A DNA stretch of 63,090 bases, filler included. It is 4 parts of 4 records of this genome, joined end to end, with 100 filler letters (N's around TTAATTAATTAA, not from the genome) between each part and the next. Parts side by side here need not be neighbours in the genome. Positions count along the whole stretch, not along the records: positions 18,077 to 46,460 come from SRR20825019_2158; 3 more parts are not named here. One strand, given 5' to 3'. Below are positions 18,323 to 28,435 of the stretch, in pieces. Under the pieces are notes generated by a model, which made no database searches, was not told the DNA's origin, and worked only from the letters and a program-made list of their open reading frames with translations. Numbering within the stretch: position 1 is the first letter of the stretch; each line of letters begins with the position of its first letter. The translations under genes and the position numbers were made by a program.

Positions 18323-19561
18323 GTGACCACGTCTCAGATGAAGGTTGCGCCCGAGATCAAGAGCGCGCCGATCAACCAGGCTTTCGAAGACTTCATGTCG
18401 AGCTTCGAGGCCTTCAAGGAAACCAATGACCGTCGGCTCGGCGAAATCGAGAGCAAGATGGGCGAGGACACGGTAACCCGTGACAAGGTCGAGCGCATCA
18501 ACCGCGCCATGGACGCCCAGTCGCGGCTGATCGACGAGATGCAGCTCAAGAAGGCCCGCCCTTCGCTTGGTCGTTCAAACAGCCTGGCCGCGAGCGAGCA
18601 CAAGGCGGCGTTCGAGAACTATATCCGCCGCGGCGACGAGCATGGGCTGCGCGCCCTTGAAGCCAAGGCGATCTCGACGACGGAAAGCGATGGCGGCTAT
18701 CTGGTGCCCGATGAAACCGACACCGAAATCGGCCGCCGGCTGACGGCGGTTTCGCCGATCCGCCAACTGGCGACGGTGCGGCAGGTTTCGGGGGCGGTGC
18801 TGAAGAAGCCGTTCATCGCCTCGGGCTTTACCGCTGGATGGGTGGGCGAGATTGCCGACCGCGACCAGACCGCGACGCCGGATATTTCCGAACTCTCCTT
18901 CCCGACAATGGAGCTTTACGCCATGCCGGCGGCGAGCGCTTCGCTGCTGGATGATGCGGCGGTCGACGTCGAAAGCTGGATCGCCAGCGAAATCGACATC
19001 GCCTTCGCCGAACAGGAGAGCGCTGCCTTCATCAATGGCAATACGGCGACCATGCCGAAGGGGTTTCTGAGCTACACCAATGTGGCCGAGAGTGCCTGGG
19101 AATGGGGCAAGATCGGGTATGTCGCGACGGGTGCGGAGGGTGCGTTCAAGGCTGCTGACCCTTCCGACACGCTGATCGAGACGATCTATTCGCTGAAGGC
19201 GGCGCATCGCCAGAATGCCCAATTCGTGATGAACCGGAAGACCCAAGGGACGATCCGCAAGTTCAAGGACGATGACGGCAATTATCTGTGGCAGCCGCCG
19301 GCCGGCCTTGGCCAGTCCGCCTCGATCATGGGGTTCCCGGTGACGGAAGCCGAGGACATGCCGGATATCGGCATCGACGAGACCGCGATCGCCTTTGGCG
19401 ATTTTGCCGCCGGCTATCTGGTGGTCGACCGCACCGGCGTTCGGGTTCTGCGCGATCCCTATTCGGCCAAGCCCTATGTGCTGTTCTACACCACCAAGCG
19501 CGTTGGCGGCGGGGTGCAGAACTTCGAGGCGATCAAGCTGATCAAGTTCGGCGAGGCGTAA
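18323..19561 (+). CDS. HK97-fold major capsid protein (GTA)
   Basis: DGGYLVP, ELYAMPAAS, GNYLWQP, LRDPYSAKPYVLFYTTKRVGGGV; GTG start after GAGGA. Confidence 0.95.
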   Translation: MTTSQMKVAPEIKSAPINQAFEDFMSSFEAFKETNDRRLGEIESKMGEDTVTRDKVERINRAMDAQSRLIDEMQLKKARPSLGRSNSLAASEHKAAFENYIRRGDEHGLRALEAKAISTTESDGGYLVPDETDTEIGRRLTAVSPIRQLATVRQVSGAVLKKPFIASGFTAGWVGEIADRDQTATPDISELSFPTMELYAMPAASASLLDDAAVDVESWIASEIDIAFAEQESAAFINGNTATMPKGFLSYTNVAESAWEWGKIGYVATGAEGAFKAADPSDTLIETIYSLKAAHRQNAQFVMNRKTQGTIRKFKDDDGNYLWQPPAGLGQSASIMGFPVTEAEDMPDIGIDETAIAFGDFAAGYLVVDRTGVRVLRDPYSAKPYVLFYTTKRVGGGVQNFEAIKLIKFGEA

Positions 19562-19573
19562 GCACCAAAAGAA

Positions 19574-19688
19574 CCGGCTTCGGCGGTTTCGCCGAAGCCG
19601 GATGACCGGCAGGTTTGCCATTTCCCGAACCAGGAAAGAGCGAGCGATGCCTGATTGGCCCCGGCGCTTGCGTCGGGGTTTTTCGTTG
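19574..19688 (+). terminator. Hairpin plus terminator between capsid and adaptor genes
   Basis: CCGGCTTCGGCG-GTTT-CGCCGAAGCCGG (19574-19601) and GGCCCCGGCGC-TT-GCGTCGGGGTT-TTT (from 19657). Confidence 0.6.
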
Positions 19689-19705
19689 CCAGAGGATTTC
19701 GGACA

Positions 19706-20272
19706 ATGAGCTATGCCCTGATAACGCCGCCTGCGGAAGAGCCGGTGAGCCTGAGCGAGGCCAAGGCGTTCATGCGCCTTGATGGCAGCGAGGAAGATGA
19801 GTTCGTGGTCGCGCTGATCGTGGCCGCACGGGAATACCTCGAAAGCGTCAGCGGGCTTGCGCTGGTGACGCAGACCTGGCGGCTTTACCGCGACACATGG
19901 CCGGCAAGCGGCATGATTTCGCTGGCGCATGGGCCGGTCCAGACCGTCGACGCGGTGACGGCCTATGATGGCGATGGCGAGGCGACCGTGATTGCGCTCG
20001 ACGGAGCGCGGCTCGATGGCCGGGCGCGGCCCGCGCGTTTCTACCTGCCCGGCATGGGCGGATGGCGGGCCGGCGTCAACGGTATCGAAGTGGAGTTTAC
20101 GGCGGGTTTCGGGGCGGCATCGGCGGTGCCGGAGGCCGCCAGACAGGCGCTCCTGCGCCATGTGGCGCACATGTTCGTGTTCCGGGGCGCAGTCGGCCCC
20201 GACCAGCAGCCGGCCGGAGTACCCGATGGTTATGACCGGCTGATCGCGCCGCTCAAGGCATGGAGGCTTTGA
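19706..20272 (+). CDS. Head-tail connector/adaptor
   Basis: PPAEEPVSLSEAKAFMRLD, ALVTQTW, GIEVEFTAGFG. Confidence 0.9.
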   Translation: MSYALITPPAEEPVSLSEAKAFMRLDGSEEDEFVVALIVAAREYLESVSGLALVTQTWRLYRDTWPASGMISLAHGPVQTVDAVTAYDGDGEATVIALDGARLDGRARPARFYLPGMGGWRAGVNGIEVEFTAGFGAASAVPEAARQALLRHVAHMFVFRGAVGPDQQPAGVPDGYDRLIAPLKAWRL

Positions 20273-20601
20273 TGCGCACGTTTGATCCGGGAGCGTTTTC
20301 GGCCCGTCTCGATCTGATGGCGCCCACGTTCATCCCGGACGGGCAGGGCGGAGCGACGGAGATCTGGTCCGAGGTCGCAAAGCTCTGGGCGCGGATCGAG
20401 CCGGTCACGATTGCTTTCGATGAGGAAGCCAATGGCGAGGTCTTTCGCCTGACGCATGAGATCTGGATGCGGGCGCGGTCGGATCTGGCACCGGGGATGC
20501 GGCTGCAGCGCGGCGGGCGGGTATTCAAGGTCAATGGCTGGCGCGATCCCGATGAGACGGGGCGATACCTGGTCTGCCGGTGCGAGGAGATTACGCCATG
20601 A
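20272..20601 (+). CDS. Head closure (head-tail joining) protein
   Basis: DGQGG...WARIEP...DPDETGRYLVCRCEE. Confidence 0.85.
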   Translation: MRTFDPGAFSARLDLMAPTFIPDGQGGATEIWSEVAKLWARIEPVTIAFDEEANGEVFRLTHEIWMRARSDLAPGMRLQRGGRVFKVNGWRDPDETGRYLVCRCEEITP

Positions 20602-21005
20602 GTTCACCTGAAAACGCGCTGCTTTCGGCGATCCATGCGACGCTTTCAGACGACGGAACGCTGACAGGGCTCATCGGTCCGAATGCGATTTTCGATCGGT
20701 TGCTCAAGCGGCCGCAACTGCCCGCAATCGTGTTCGGAGAGTGCGTCACCACCGATCTCTCGACGGTGGATGGAAAGCTGTTCGAGCATGCGCTGAATAT
20801 CGAAATCTGGTCGGAGGCGCATGGGCGCAAGACGCTGCAGGAGATCGAGGAGCGCGTGAAGGCGCTGCTCGACGATGCGGCGCTTTCGCTTAGCGGCGCG
20901 GCGCTCATCAATTTCGTTCATCGCTCGACCAGAGTGAAGCGGGTGGCGCGAACGGGCTATTTCCTCGCCGAGATGCGCTTTCGCGCTGTGACCGAACCGG
21001 CGTGA
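20598..21005 (+). CDS. DUF3168 tail completion protein
   Basis: Position in the cluster; IWSEAHGRK and MRFRAVTE motifs. Confidence 0.85.
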   Translation: MSSPENALLSAIHATLSDDGTLTGLIGPNAIFDRLLKRPQLPAIVFGECVTTDLSTVDGKLFEHALNIEIWSEAHGRKTLQEIEERVKALLDDAALSLSGAALINFVHRSTRVKRVARTGYFLAEMRFRAVTEPA

Positions 21006-21039
21006 GCCACCAATTTTCAGACAGACAACGGAGAGTTCC

Positions 21040-21450
21040 ATGACTGCCCAGAAAGGCAAGGATCTGCTTTTGAAGCTGCACAATGGCAGCGCCTATGAAA
21101 CCGTCGCCGGCCTCAGGTCGCGGCGGTTGTCGTTCAACGCCGAGACGGTGGATATCACCGATTCCGAAAGCGCCGGTCGCTGGCGCGAACTGCTGGCCGG
21201 CGCAGGCGTTCAGCGGGCCTCAATGACGGCTTCCGGTATCTTCAAGGATCAGGCATCCGACGAGACGGTGCGGGCGGCGTTTTTCGCCGCAGCCCTGGTG
21301 GAGGCGCAGATTGTCATCCCGGGGTTCGGTATTGTTGCCGGGCCGTTCCAGATCTCCGCGCTCGAATATAACGGCCAGCACAATGGCGAGGTCCAGTTCG
21401 AGATCGCTCTGGAATCCGGCGGAGCGGTGAGCTTCGGAGCGGCGGTTTGA
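21040..21450 (+). CDS. Major tail tube protein, TP901-1 family
   Basis: MTAQKGKDLLLK, FNAETVDITDSESAGRWRELL. Confidence 0.93.
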   Translation: MTAQKGKDLLLKLHNGSAYETVAGLRSRRLSFNAETVDITDSESAGRWRELLAGAGVQRASMTASGIFKDQASDETVRAAFFAAALVEAQIVIPGFGIVAGPFQISALEYNGQHNGEVQFEIALESGGAVSFGAAV

Positions 21451-21809
21451 TGCGCGGCTCCGGCAGCGGGCGGGCCAACCGCCATCGCGGCGAGGTGGAG
21501 GCGGAGTTCGATGGCGAGCGGCGGATCCTGTGCCTCACGCTCGGAGCGCTCGCGGAACTGGAAACCGCGTTTGCGGCGGATGGGCTTGGCGATCTTGGCA
21601 AGCGCCTTGCCTCCGGTGGGCTGAAGGCGCGCGATCTGATCGCGATCATCGGTGCCGGACTGCGCGGCGGCGGCAATGCGATCGATGACGAGGATGTGGC
21701 CGCGATGGGCATGGAAGGCGGGGTTGCCGCTTATGCGGGCCTTGTCGGGGAGCTTCTGACCGTCACGTTTACAGGAGGGGATGCCGCAAAGAACGCGGAC
21801 CCTTCCTAG
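21450..21809 (+). CDS. GTA tail assembly chaperone (gp10-like)
   Basis: ANRHRGEV, LCLTLGALAELE, IIGAGLRGGG. Confidence 0.9.
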   Translation: MRGSGSGRANRHRGEVEAEFDGERRILCLTLGALAELETAFAADGLGDLGKRLASGGLKARDLIAIIGAGLRGGGNAIDDEDVAAMGMEGGVAAYAGLVGELLTVTFTGGDAAKNADPS

Positions 21810-22018
21810 CCGCGGCGGCGGAGCCTGCCATCGCCGAACCGTTCCCCTGGCGAGCGGCGATCCATACCGGGCTCTGCACGCTGCGGCTTCCTCCCGACAT
21901 GTTCTGGGCGCTGTCGCCGATGGAGTTCGCTGCGATGGCGGGCGCGTTTGCGCCGGCCGAGGGCTTTCCGACGCGGGCAGCGCTTGATGAACTGATGACC
22001 CGCTTTCCCGACAGATGA
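21800..22018 (+). CDS. Tail assembly chaperone C-terminal extension (rcc01693-like), in the -1 frame
   Basis: Not in the ORF track. PFLAAAAEPAIAEPFPWRAAIHTGLCTLRLPPDMFWALSPMEF...RAALDELMTRFPDR, with no start codon before FPW. Confidence 0.8.
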   Translation, partial: PFLAAAAEPAIAEPFPWRAAIHTGLCTLRLPPDMFWALSPMEFAAMAGAFAPAEGFPTRAALDELMTRFPDR

Positions 22019-22027
22019 GGACGTTTC

Positions 22028-22606
22028 ATGGAGATTGACGAGACGAGTATCGATGGCGCGCGTGAGAGCGCCAGCGCGCTTCACGATGTGCTGCTCGATC
22101 TGGAAACGCAATCCGATCGGTTTGCGGGCGCTCTTACCACGGCGCTGAAGGATGCAACGCTTGGCGGCAAGGGATTGCAGACGGTGCTGGGCGATCTGGG
22201 GCGGCGGCTGAACGACCTGGCGCTGAACGCGGCCCTGAAGCCGCTCGAAGGCGTGATCTCGAGCCAGCTCGGCTCGCTGACCGAGGGGCTGGTGCAGGTC
22301 GTTGCCCATGCCAAGGGTGGGGTGCCCGGCAGGATCACGCCGTTTGCTGCCGGCGGTGTCGTTTCGACGCCGACCTATTTCGGAATGAATGGCGGCCTGG
22401 GGTTGATGGGCGAGGCCGGTAGCGAGGCGATCCTGCCATTGAAGCGGGGCGCCGACGGCTCGCTTGGCGTTGCCGCCGGCAGTGGCGGCGGCGCGCGGAT
22501 TGTCTTCAACGTCTCGACGCCGGACGCCGAGAGCTTCCGCAAGAGCGAAGGACAGATTTCGGCGATGCTGGCGCGGGCGGTGCGCTCCGGCCAGCGCAAC
22601 ATCTGA
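22028..22606 (+). CDS. Short GTA-type tail tape measure protein
   Basis: PFAAGGVVSTPTYF, GLMGEAGSEAILPLKRG, SFRKSEGQI. Confidence 0.9.
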   Translation: MEIDETSIDGARESASALHDVLLDLETQSDRFAGALTTALKDATLGGKGLQTVLGDLGRRLNDLALNAALKPLEGVISSQLGSLTEGLVQVVAHAKGGVPGRITPFAAGGVVSTPTYFGMNGGLGLMGEAGSEAILPLKRGADGSLGVAAGSGGGARIVFNVSTPDAESFRKSEGQISAMLARAVRSGQRNI

Positions 22607-22616
22607 GGAGGACGCC

Positions 22617-23246
22617 ATGAGCGCGAGCTTTCATGAGGTGCGGTTTCCGCTGCGCCTGTCACTTTCGGTGAGCGGCGGGCCGGTGCGGCGCACTGATATC
22701 GTCAATCTTTCCAACGGCCATGAGGCGCGCAACCAGCGCTGGCGTGATTCGCGGCGGGCCTATGACGCGGGCTCGGCCGTGCGTTCGGTGGCCGATCTTT
22801 ACGAGCTCATGGCATTTTTCGAGGCGCGGGGCGGCCAGCTTTATGGGTTCCGGTTTCGCGATCCCGTCGATTTCAAATCCTGCGGACCGCTTGCCGAACC
22901 ATCCGCCGGTGACCAGTGGATCGCGACCGGGGACGGCGCGACGGCAAGTTTTCAGTTGATCAAGACCTATGGCGATGGGGCGGCGTCTTGGACGAGGACG
23001 ATCCAGAAGCCGGTGTCCGAGAGCTTGAAGGTCTCGGTGGATGGCGTTGCGATTTCAGGGTTTTCCGTCGATGCGGCGAGCGGTGTGGTCACGCTTTCTA
23101 GTCCACCTGCGAATGGCGCGGCGATCTTCGCGGGCTACGAGTTCGATGTGCCTGTGCGCTTCGATATCGATCGCATCGATATCAACATGAAGGCATTCAA
23201 TGCGGGCAGCGTGCCATCGGTGCCGCTGGTGGAGGTCAAGCCATGA
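22617..23246 (+). CDS. DUF2460 distal tail protein
   Basis: FHEVRFP, FFEARGGQLYGFRFRDP, FDVPVRFD. Confidence 0.9.
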   Translation: MSASFHEVRFPLRLSLSVSGGPVRRTDIVNLSNGHEARNQRWRDSRRAYDAGSAVRSVADLYELMAFFEARGGQLYGFRFRDPVDFKSCGPLAEPSAGDQWIATGDGATASFQLIKTYGDGAASWTRTIQKPVSESLKVSVDGVAISGFSVDAASGVVTLSSPPANGAAIFAGYEFDVPVRFDIDRIDINMKAFNAGSVPSVPLVEVKP

Positions 23247-24133
23247 GAGACATCGAAGCGGGCCTGCTGGCCCATCTTGCCGGAGATGCCACCACGGTGT
23301 GTTCCTGCTGGCGGGTGGTGTTGAAGGACGGCACTGTACTGGGCTTTACCGAGCACGACCATGATCTCTTCTTTGCGTCGACGGCCTTTCTGGCGGCCAG
23401 CGGCTTTGCGGCGTCGAGCCTTGAGGTTGAGGAGGGGCTTGCTGCCAGTACCAGCGAAGTTGCGGGCGGATTTTCCAGCGCCGCGATCACCGAGGAAGCG
23501 CTTGCGGCCGGGCGGTATGATGGCGCGCGGGTGGAGGCCTATCTGGTCAACTGGCGCGAGCCGTCCCAGCATCAGCGGATGTATGTGCATGAAATCGGTG
23601 AGGTGACCCGCGAGGGCGGCGGCTTTACAGCGGAGCTGAGAGCGGTGACCCACCGGCTGTCGCAACCGCAGGGGCGCAGTTTCTCGCGCCGTTGTGATGC
23701 CGTGCTCGGAAACGGGAAATGTGGTTTCAACCTTGCGACGCCGGGTTTCGTAGCGAACGGGACCGTTCTTGGGGTCAATAGCGAGGCGCAACTGACGGTA
23801 TCGGTAAGCGGCGAATTCGCCGCCGGCTTCTTTTCGTTTGGCGTTCTCTGTTTTGACGGTGGAGCCCTGGCGGGCCTGGAAGTCGATATCGAGAACAATC
23901 ATGGCGCGGGCGCGTCGATGCGCCTTGACCTCTGGCTCCCGCTGGAGGCGATGCCGATGGTCGGCGATCCGGTGCGGCTGACGGCGGGTTGCGACAAGTC
24001 CTTTGCCACTTGCCGGACGAAGTTCGGCAATCACCTCAATTTTCGGGGTTTCCCGCATGTGCCGGGCGCTGACTTTGCCTATTCCTATGTGAATGGCGAG
24101 AGCGAGCATGACGGCCGGGCGATCTACAAATGA
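23243..24133 (+). CDS. DUF2163 baseplate hub protein
   Basis: GFTEHDHDL, CDAVLG..C, GCDKSFATCRTKFGNHLNFRGFPH. Confidence 0.9.
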   Translation: MRDIEAGLLAHLAGDATTVCSCWRVVLKDGTVLGFTEHDHDLFFASTAFLAASGFAASSLEVEEGLAASTSEVAGGFSSAAITEEALAAGRYDGARVEAYLVNWREPSQHQRMYVHEIGEVTREGGGFTAELRAVTHRLSQPQGRSFSRRCDAVLGNGKCGFNLATPGFVANGTVLGVNSEAQLTVSVSGEFAAGFFSFGVLCFDGGALAGLEVDIENNHGAGASMRLDLWLPLEAMPMVGDPVRLTAGCDKSFATCRTKFGNHLNFRGFPHVPGADFAYSYVNGESEHDGRAIYK

Positions 24134-24567
24134 CGGGCCTCGGCGATGCGGCTGTTGCGGCGGCCGAAAAGTGGCTGGGGACGCCCTATCGTCACCAGGC
24201 GAGCGAATGCGGGCTCGGATGCGATTGCCTCGGGCTGATACGCGGCGTCTGGCTGGAGCTCTATGGCTCCTCACCCGAGCCGGCAGCCCCTTACGCCGCC
24301 GATTGGGCAGAGCGTAGCCGGGAGGAGCGGCTGCTTCATGCGGCGCTTCACTATTGCGGGCCGGCGATCGCGATTGGCGAGATGCAGCCGGGCGATATTC
24401 TGCTGTTTCGCTGGCGGGCGCAGTTCGCGGTCAAACATGCCGGCATTCTGTGCGGTCCCGAGCATTTCATTCATGCCTACGAACAGGCGGGGGTGATCCG
24501 CTCCGCGCTTGTTCCCGCATGGCGACGCAAGGTCGCCGGGGTTTTCCGCTTTCCCGACCGAGATTGA
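24130..24567 (+). CDS. NlpC/P60 cell-wall peptidase
   Basis: WLGTPYRHQAS, GCDCLGLIRGVW, KHAGIL, FIHAY. Confidence 0.92.
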   Translation: MTGLGDAAVAAAEKWLGTPYRHQASECGLGCDCLGLIRGVWLELYGSSPEPAAPYAADWAERSREERLLHAALHYCGPAIAIGEMQPGDILLFRWRAQFAVKHAGILCGPEHFIHAYEQAGVIRSALVPAWRRKVAGVFRFPDRD

Positions 24568-24576
24568 GGTTTCAGC

Positions 24577-27500
24577 ATGGCAACTATCGTGTTTCAGGCG
24601 GCCGGCGCCGTGTTTGGTGGGCTGCTCGGTCCATTCGGCGCGGTCGCCGGCCGGGCGATCGGCGCTCTCGCCGGCAATGCCCTCGACGGCATGATATTTT
24701 CCGGTGGAGGGCGGAAGGTCCAGGGCAGCCATCTTTCAAGCGCGCGGATTGGCGGCGCGGAAGAGGGAGGGGCTATTCCACGGGTTTATGGCACGTCGCG
24801 CATCGGCGGCGCGCTGATCTGGGCAACGCGGTTCGAAGAGGAAGTGACCGAGGAGCGCACCGGCGGCAAGGCCGCGGGCTCCACGGTGGAGAGCTTTGCC
24901 TATTTCGGAAATTTTGCATACGGGATTTGTGAAGGGCCGGTGGCGGCAATCCGGCGCGTCTGGGCGGACGGCCGCGAACTCGATCTCGAAAATATCGAGA
25001 TGCGGTTTTACCCGGGGTCCGAAAGCCAACTGCCCGATCCGCTGATCGAGGCCAAGCAGGGAGCAGGCAATGCCCCCGCCTATCGGGGTCTTTGCTATGT
25101 GGTGTTCGAGCGTCTGCCGCTGGATGCGTTCGGAAGCCGGATACCGGTGATCCAGTTCGAGGTGTTGAAGCCGACAGGCTCGCTGGAAAGCCAGATCCGG
25201 GCGCTCGCGATTATTCCGGGCGCGACCGAGCACGGGCTTTGTCCGTTTCCCGTGACCGAAGCGCTCGGAAGCGGCCAGCAACGGATCATGAACCGCAACA
25301 CGCTGACGCGGGCGACCGACTGGGAAGCTTCGATCGACGAGTTGATGGCATTGTGTCCCAACCTGGAGCGGGTGGCTCTGGTGGTGGCATGGTTTGGCTC
25401 CGATCTTCGCGCGGGAGAGTGCCGGATCGAACCGAGCGTGGAAACGCCGTTCAGGAAGGAAGAGAGCACGCCATGGCGGGTTTCGGGCATTACCCGGGGC
25501 GAGGCTCACATCGTCTCCACCCATGATGGCGGTCCGGCTTATGGGGGCACACCCAACGACGCCGGGCTGATCGCGGCGATCGCCGATCTGAAGGCGCGGG
25601 GCCTCGAAGTCTATCTCTATCCGTTCCTCATGATGGATGTGCCTGCAGGCAATGGTCTACCGGATCCGCATGGCGGCGCCGAGCAGGCCCGTTACCCCTG
25701 GCGGGGGCGGATAAGCTGTCATCCCGCCCCGTCCCGTCCAGGCACCACCGACCGCAGCGCCTCGGCCCGAAGCCAGGTTGAGGCGTTTCTGGGCACCGCC
25801 GAATCCCATCAGTTCAGCACTTTCGGTGGCGGGGTGAGTTTTGCGGGCGATGACAAAGGGTATCGCCGGTTCATTCTGCATTACGCACACCTTGCGGATG
25901 CGGCGGGTGGGGTCGATGGGTTCATCATCGGTTCCGAAATGAAGGGGCTGACATCTGTGCGGGACGCGGGCGATGCCTTTCCGTTCGTTGAAGGCCTGAT
26001 CGCGCTGGCGGCCGATGTGCGAGCTGTCCTGGGGCTGGGGGCGAGGGTGACCTATGCCGCCGACTGGAGCGAGTATTTCGGCTATCATCCCGACGATGGC
26101 AGCGGCGATGTCTATTTCAACCTCGACCCGCTCTGGGCGAACCATAATATCGCGGCGATCAGCATCGACAATTACATGCCGATCTCGGATTGGCGCGACA
26201 GCGATCTGGCCGCGTTAAACCCGGACGGCTTCCAGGTCGCGAATGATACAGACGGCTTCTGGGGGCAAATTGCCGCCGGTGAGGGATATGACTGGTATTA
26301 TGCAAGCGATGCCGATCGGGCGGCGCGCATTCGTACGCCGATCACCGACGGCTTGGCAGGCAAGCCATGGGTCTATCGCTACAAGGATATCCAGAACTGG
26401 TGGACGAATCCGCACTACAATCGTGTCGATGGGACGGAATCGCCGACGCCGACAGCCTGGATACCGATGTCGAAACCGGTGTGGTTTTCCGAACTCGGTT
26501 GTGCCGCTGTCGACAAGGGGGCCGGTCAGCCGAATGTGTTTGCCGATCCGAAATCGGCGGAATCGGCGTTTCCGTATTTTTCGAGCGGGCAACGGTCAGA
26601 TGCCGAGCAACGCCGATTCCTGGAAACGCAGCTTTCCCGGTTTGAGATGACGGAGACGCCCGTCGATTACGGGCATATTTTTCTCTGGTGCTGGGACATA
26701 AGACCCTATCCCGCCTTCCCGCAGAATGCCGAGCTCTGGAGCGATGGCGGCAACTGGACCACCGGTCACTGGTTGAACGGGCGGCTGGGGGCAACGACGC
26801 TTGCCGACACGGTGCGCGCACTTTTGGCGGATCATGGCTTCTACGACTGCGATGTGCGGATTCTGAACGGCGATCTCACTGGGTATCAGCAGGCCGATAT
26901 CGACAGTGCCCGCAATCTGCTCGAGCCGCTGCTCTCGCTGTATTCGGCCGATACGATCGAACGCGACGGCGTGCTGCGGTTCCGTTCGAGGCTGCGGGCG
27001 AGCCTGCCGCCCGCGACAATCGACGTGACGGCGGAACGTGAGGAGGCTGGGCGTTTCAGGGAAACACGCAGCCATGAGAGCGATCTCGCCGGCGAGGCGG
27101 TGGTTTCCTATTTCGACCCTTTCACCGATTACGAACAGGCCAACGTTCGTTCCAGCCGCGTTGTGGCGGCCAATGATCGGGTGTTGCGCTATGGGCTACC
27201 GACGGTTCTGCCGGAAACGACGGCGCTGGCACTGGCGGGAGACATGCTGCGGGAGAGCCGGGTTTCGGTGCGCACGCTCTCGATTGATCTGTCGCCGCAG
27301 GCGCGGGGCCTTGAAGTGGGCGATGTCGTGCGCATCGAGGACGGGCCGGCGGGGCGGTTCATGGTCACGCGCCTCGATCTTGGCGAGACCTTGCAAGTCG
27401 AGGCGCGTTCGTTTGCGCCCCTCGTGGGAGCGGCGCTGCGGCCGGTGGACCGGGGACGCGTTCAGGAGGACGCGTCCAACGGATTTGCGCCGCGGGTTGT

Positions 27501-28419
27501 CTTTCTGGACCTTGCCCGCGACGGAAGCGGATCGGCGGAAAACTTCGCCCGTATCGCCGTATTTGCCAGGCCATGGCGTCGCATCTTCGTTTCCTCGTCT
27601 GCCACGAATGAGGGATATGCGGCCAATGTTGTGGTGGAGCGGCCGGCGGGCACTGCGCGTCTGGCCGAGGCCTTATCGCCGGGAGCCACCGGTCGTTTTG
27701 ATTTCTCTGTCGATCTGGTCATCGACCTCGACTTCGGGGGGCTTTCCTCGGCTTCCAAATATTCAGTCCTGAGCGGGAGCAACCGAATCGTGGTTCGCGC
27801 TGAAAACGGTGTTTTCGAGATCATCGGGTTTCTCAATGCCATCGAGATTTCGGCAGGACGCTGGCGGCTCAACGGCCTGCTGCGGGGTCTTAACGGGACT
27901 GAAGATGCCATGATGGCGGGAGCTTCGGCCAGTAGCGATGCCGTTGTCCTGAGTGATGCCGTGATTCCGGTAGGTTTGAGCGCACGCCATGTCGGCCTTG
28001 CTCGAAATTACGTGATCGAGGCTGCCTACGGGCAGCAGGATCCGAAAGCGCCCTACGCTTTCGCGGGCGGGCTGCGCGCCGAGACGCCGCTGGCGCCGGT
28101 TCATCTGCGCTCGCGCCGGCTGGCCTCGGGGGACATTCGTTTCAACTGGATCAGACGTTCGCGGATCGACCAGGATGACTGGGCGGCGGCCGAGATATCG
28201 CTGGACGAGGATGACGAGCGCTACCGGCTTGAATTGTATGACGGCGCGACATTGGTGCGACGTTTCGAGGTGGACATGCCGGAATTTGTGTATTCGGCCA
28301 GCGATCAGGAGGACGATTTCGGGTCATTGGCGGGCTCGGTGACAATCAGGCTCTGCCAACTTGGTCGCAAGGTGCCGCTCGGCATTCCGCTCACAGCAGA
28401 AATCCATGTTCCCTCCTGA
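24577..28419 (+). CDS. GTA baseplate 'megatron' (TIM-barrel plus tail domains)
   Basis: 1280 aa; APAYRGLCYVVFE, YAADWSEYFG, DNYMPISDWRD, GHWLNGR. Confidence 0.93.
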   Translation: MATIVFQAAGAVFGGLLGPFGAVAGRAIGALAGNALDGMIFSGGGRKVQGSHLSSARIGGAEEGGAIPRVYGTSRIGGALIWATRFEEEVTEERTGGKAAGSTVESFAYFGNFAYGICEGPVAAIRRVWADGRELDLENIEMRFYPGSESQLPDPLIEAKQGAGNAPAYRGLCYVVFERLPLDAFGSRIPVIQFEVLKPTGSLESQIRALAIIPGATEHGLCPFPVTEALGSGQQRIMNRNTLTRATDWEASIDELMALCPNLERVALVVAWFGSDLRAGECRIEPSVETPFRKEESTPWRVSGITRGEAHIVSTHDGGPAYGGTPNDAGLIAAIADLKARGLEVYLYPFLMMDVPAGNGLPDPHGGAEQARYPWRGRISCHPAPSRPGTTDRSASARSQVEAFLGTAESHQFSTFGGGVSFAGDDKGYRRFILHYAHLADAAGGVDGFIIGSEMKGLTSVRDAGDAFPFVEGLIALAADVRAVLGLGARVTYAADWSEYFGYHPDDGSGDVYFNLDPLWANHNIAAISIDNYMPISDWRDSDLAALNPDGFQVANDTDGFWGQIAAGEGYDWYYASDADRAARIRTPITDGLAGKPWVYRYKDIQNWWTNPHYNRVDGTESPTPTAWIPMSKPVWFSELGCAAVDKGAGQPNVFADPKSAESAFPYFSSGQRSDAEQRRFLETQLSRFEMTETPVDYGHIFLWCWDIRPYPAFPQNAELWSDGGNWTTGHWLNGRLGATTLADTVRALLADHGFYDCDVRILNGDLTGYQQADIDSARNLLEPLLSLYSADTIERDGVLRFRSRLRASLPPATIDVTAEREEAGRFRETRSHESDLAGEAVVSYFDPFTDYEQANVRSSRVVAANDRVLRYGLPTVLPETTALALAGDMLRESRVSVRTLSIDLSPQARGLEVGDVVRIEDGPAGRFMVTRLDLGETLQVEARSFAPLVGAALRPVDRGRVQEDASNGFAPRVVFLDLARDGSGSAENFARIAVFARPWRRIFVSSSATNEGYAANVVVERPAGTARLAEALSPGATGRFDFSVDLVIDLDFGGLSSASKYSVLSGSNRIVVRAENGVFEIIGFLNAIEISAGRWRLNGLLRGLNGTEDAMMAGASASSDAVVLSDAVIPVGLSARHVGLARNYVIEAAYGQQDPKAPYAFAGGLRAETPLAPVHLRSRRLASGDIRFNWIRRSRIDQDDWAAAEISLDEDDERYRLELYDGATLVRRFEVDMPEFVYSASDQEDDFGSLAGSVTIRLCQLGRKVPLGIPLTAEIHVPS

Positions 28420-28435
28420 TAGAAAGGATAATGTT

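Noticed and set aside
18575-20170. Long antisense or alternate-frame ORFs (also 4473-5645, 16093-17193, 23135-24274, 36333-37514, 39743-41329, 54980-55849)
   Set aside because: They overlap well-supported genes, have no recognisable motifs, and are expected shadows in high-GC DNA.
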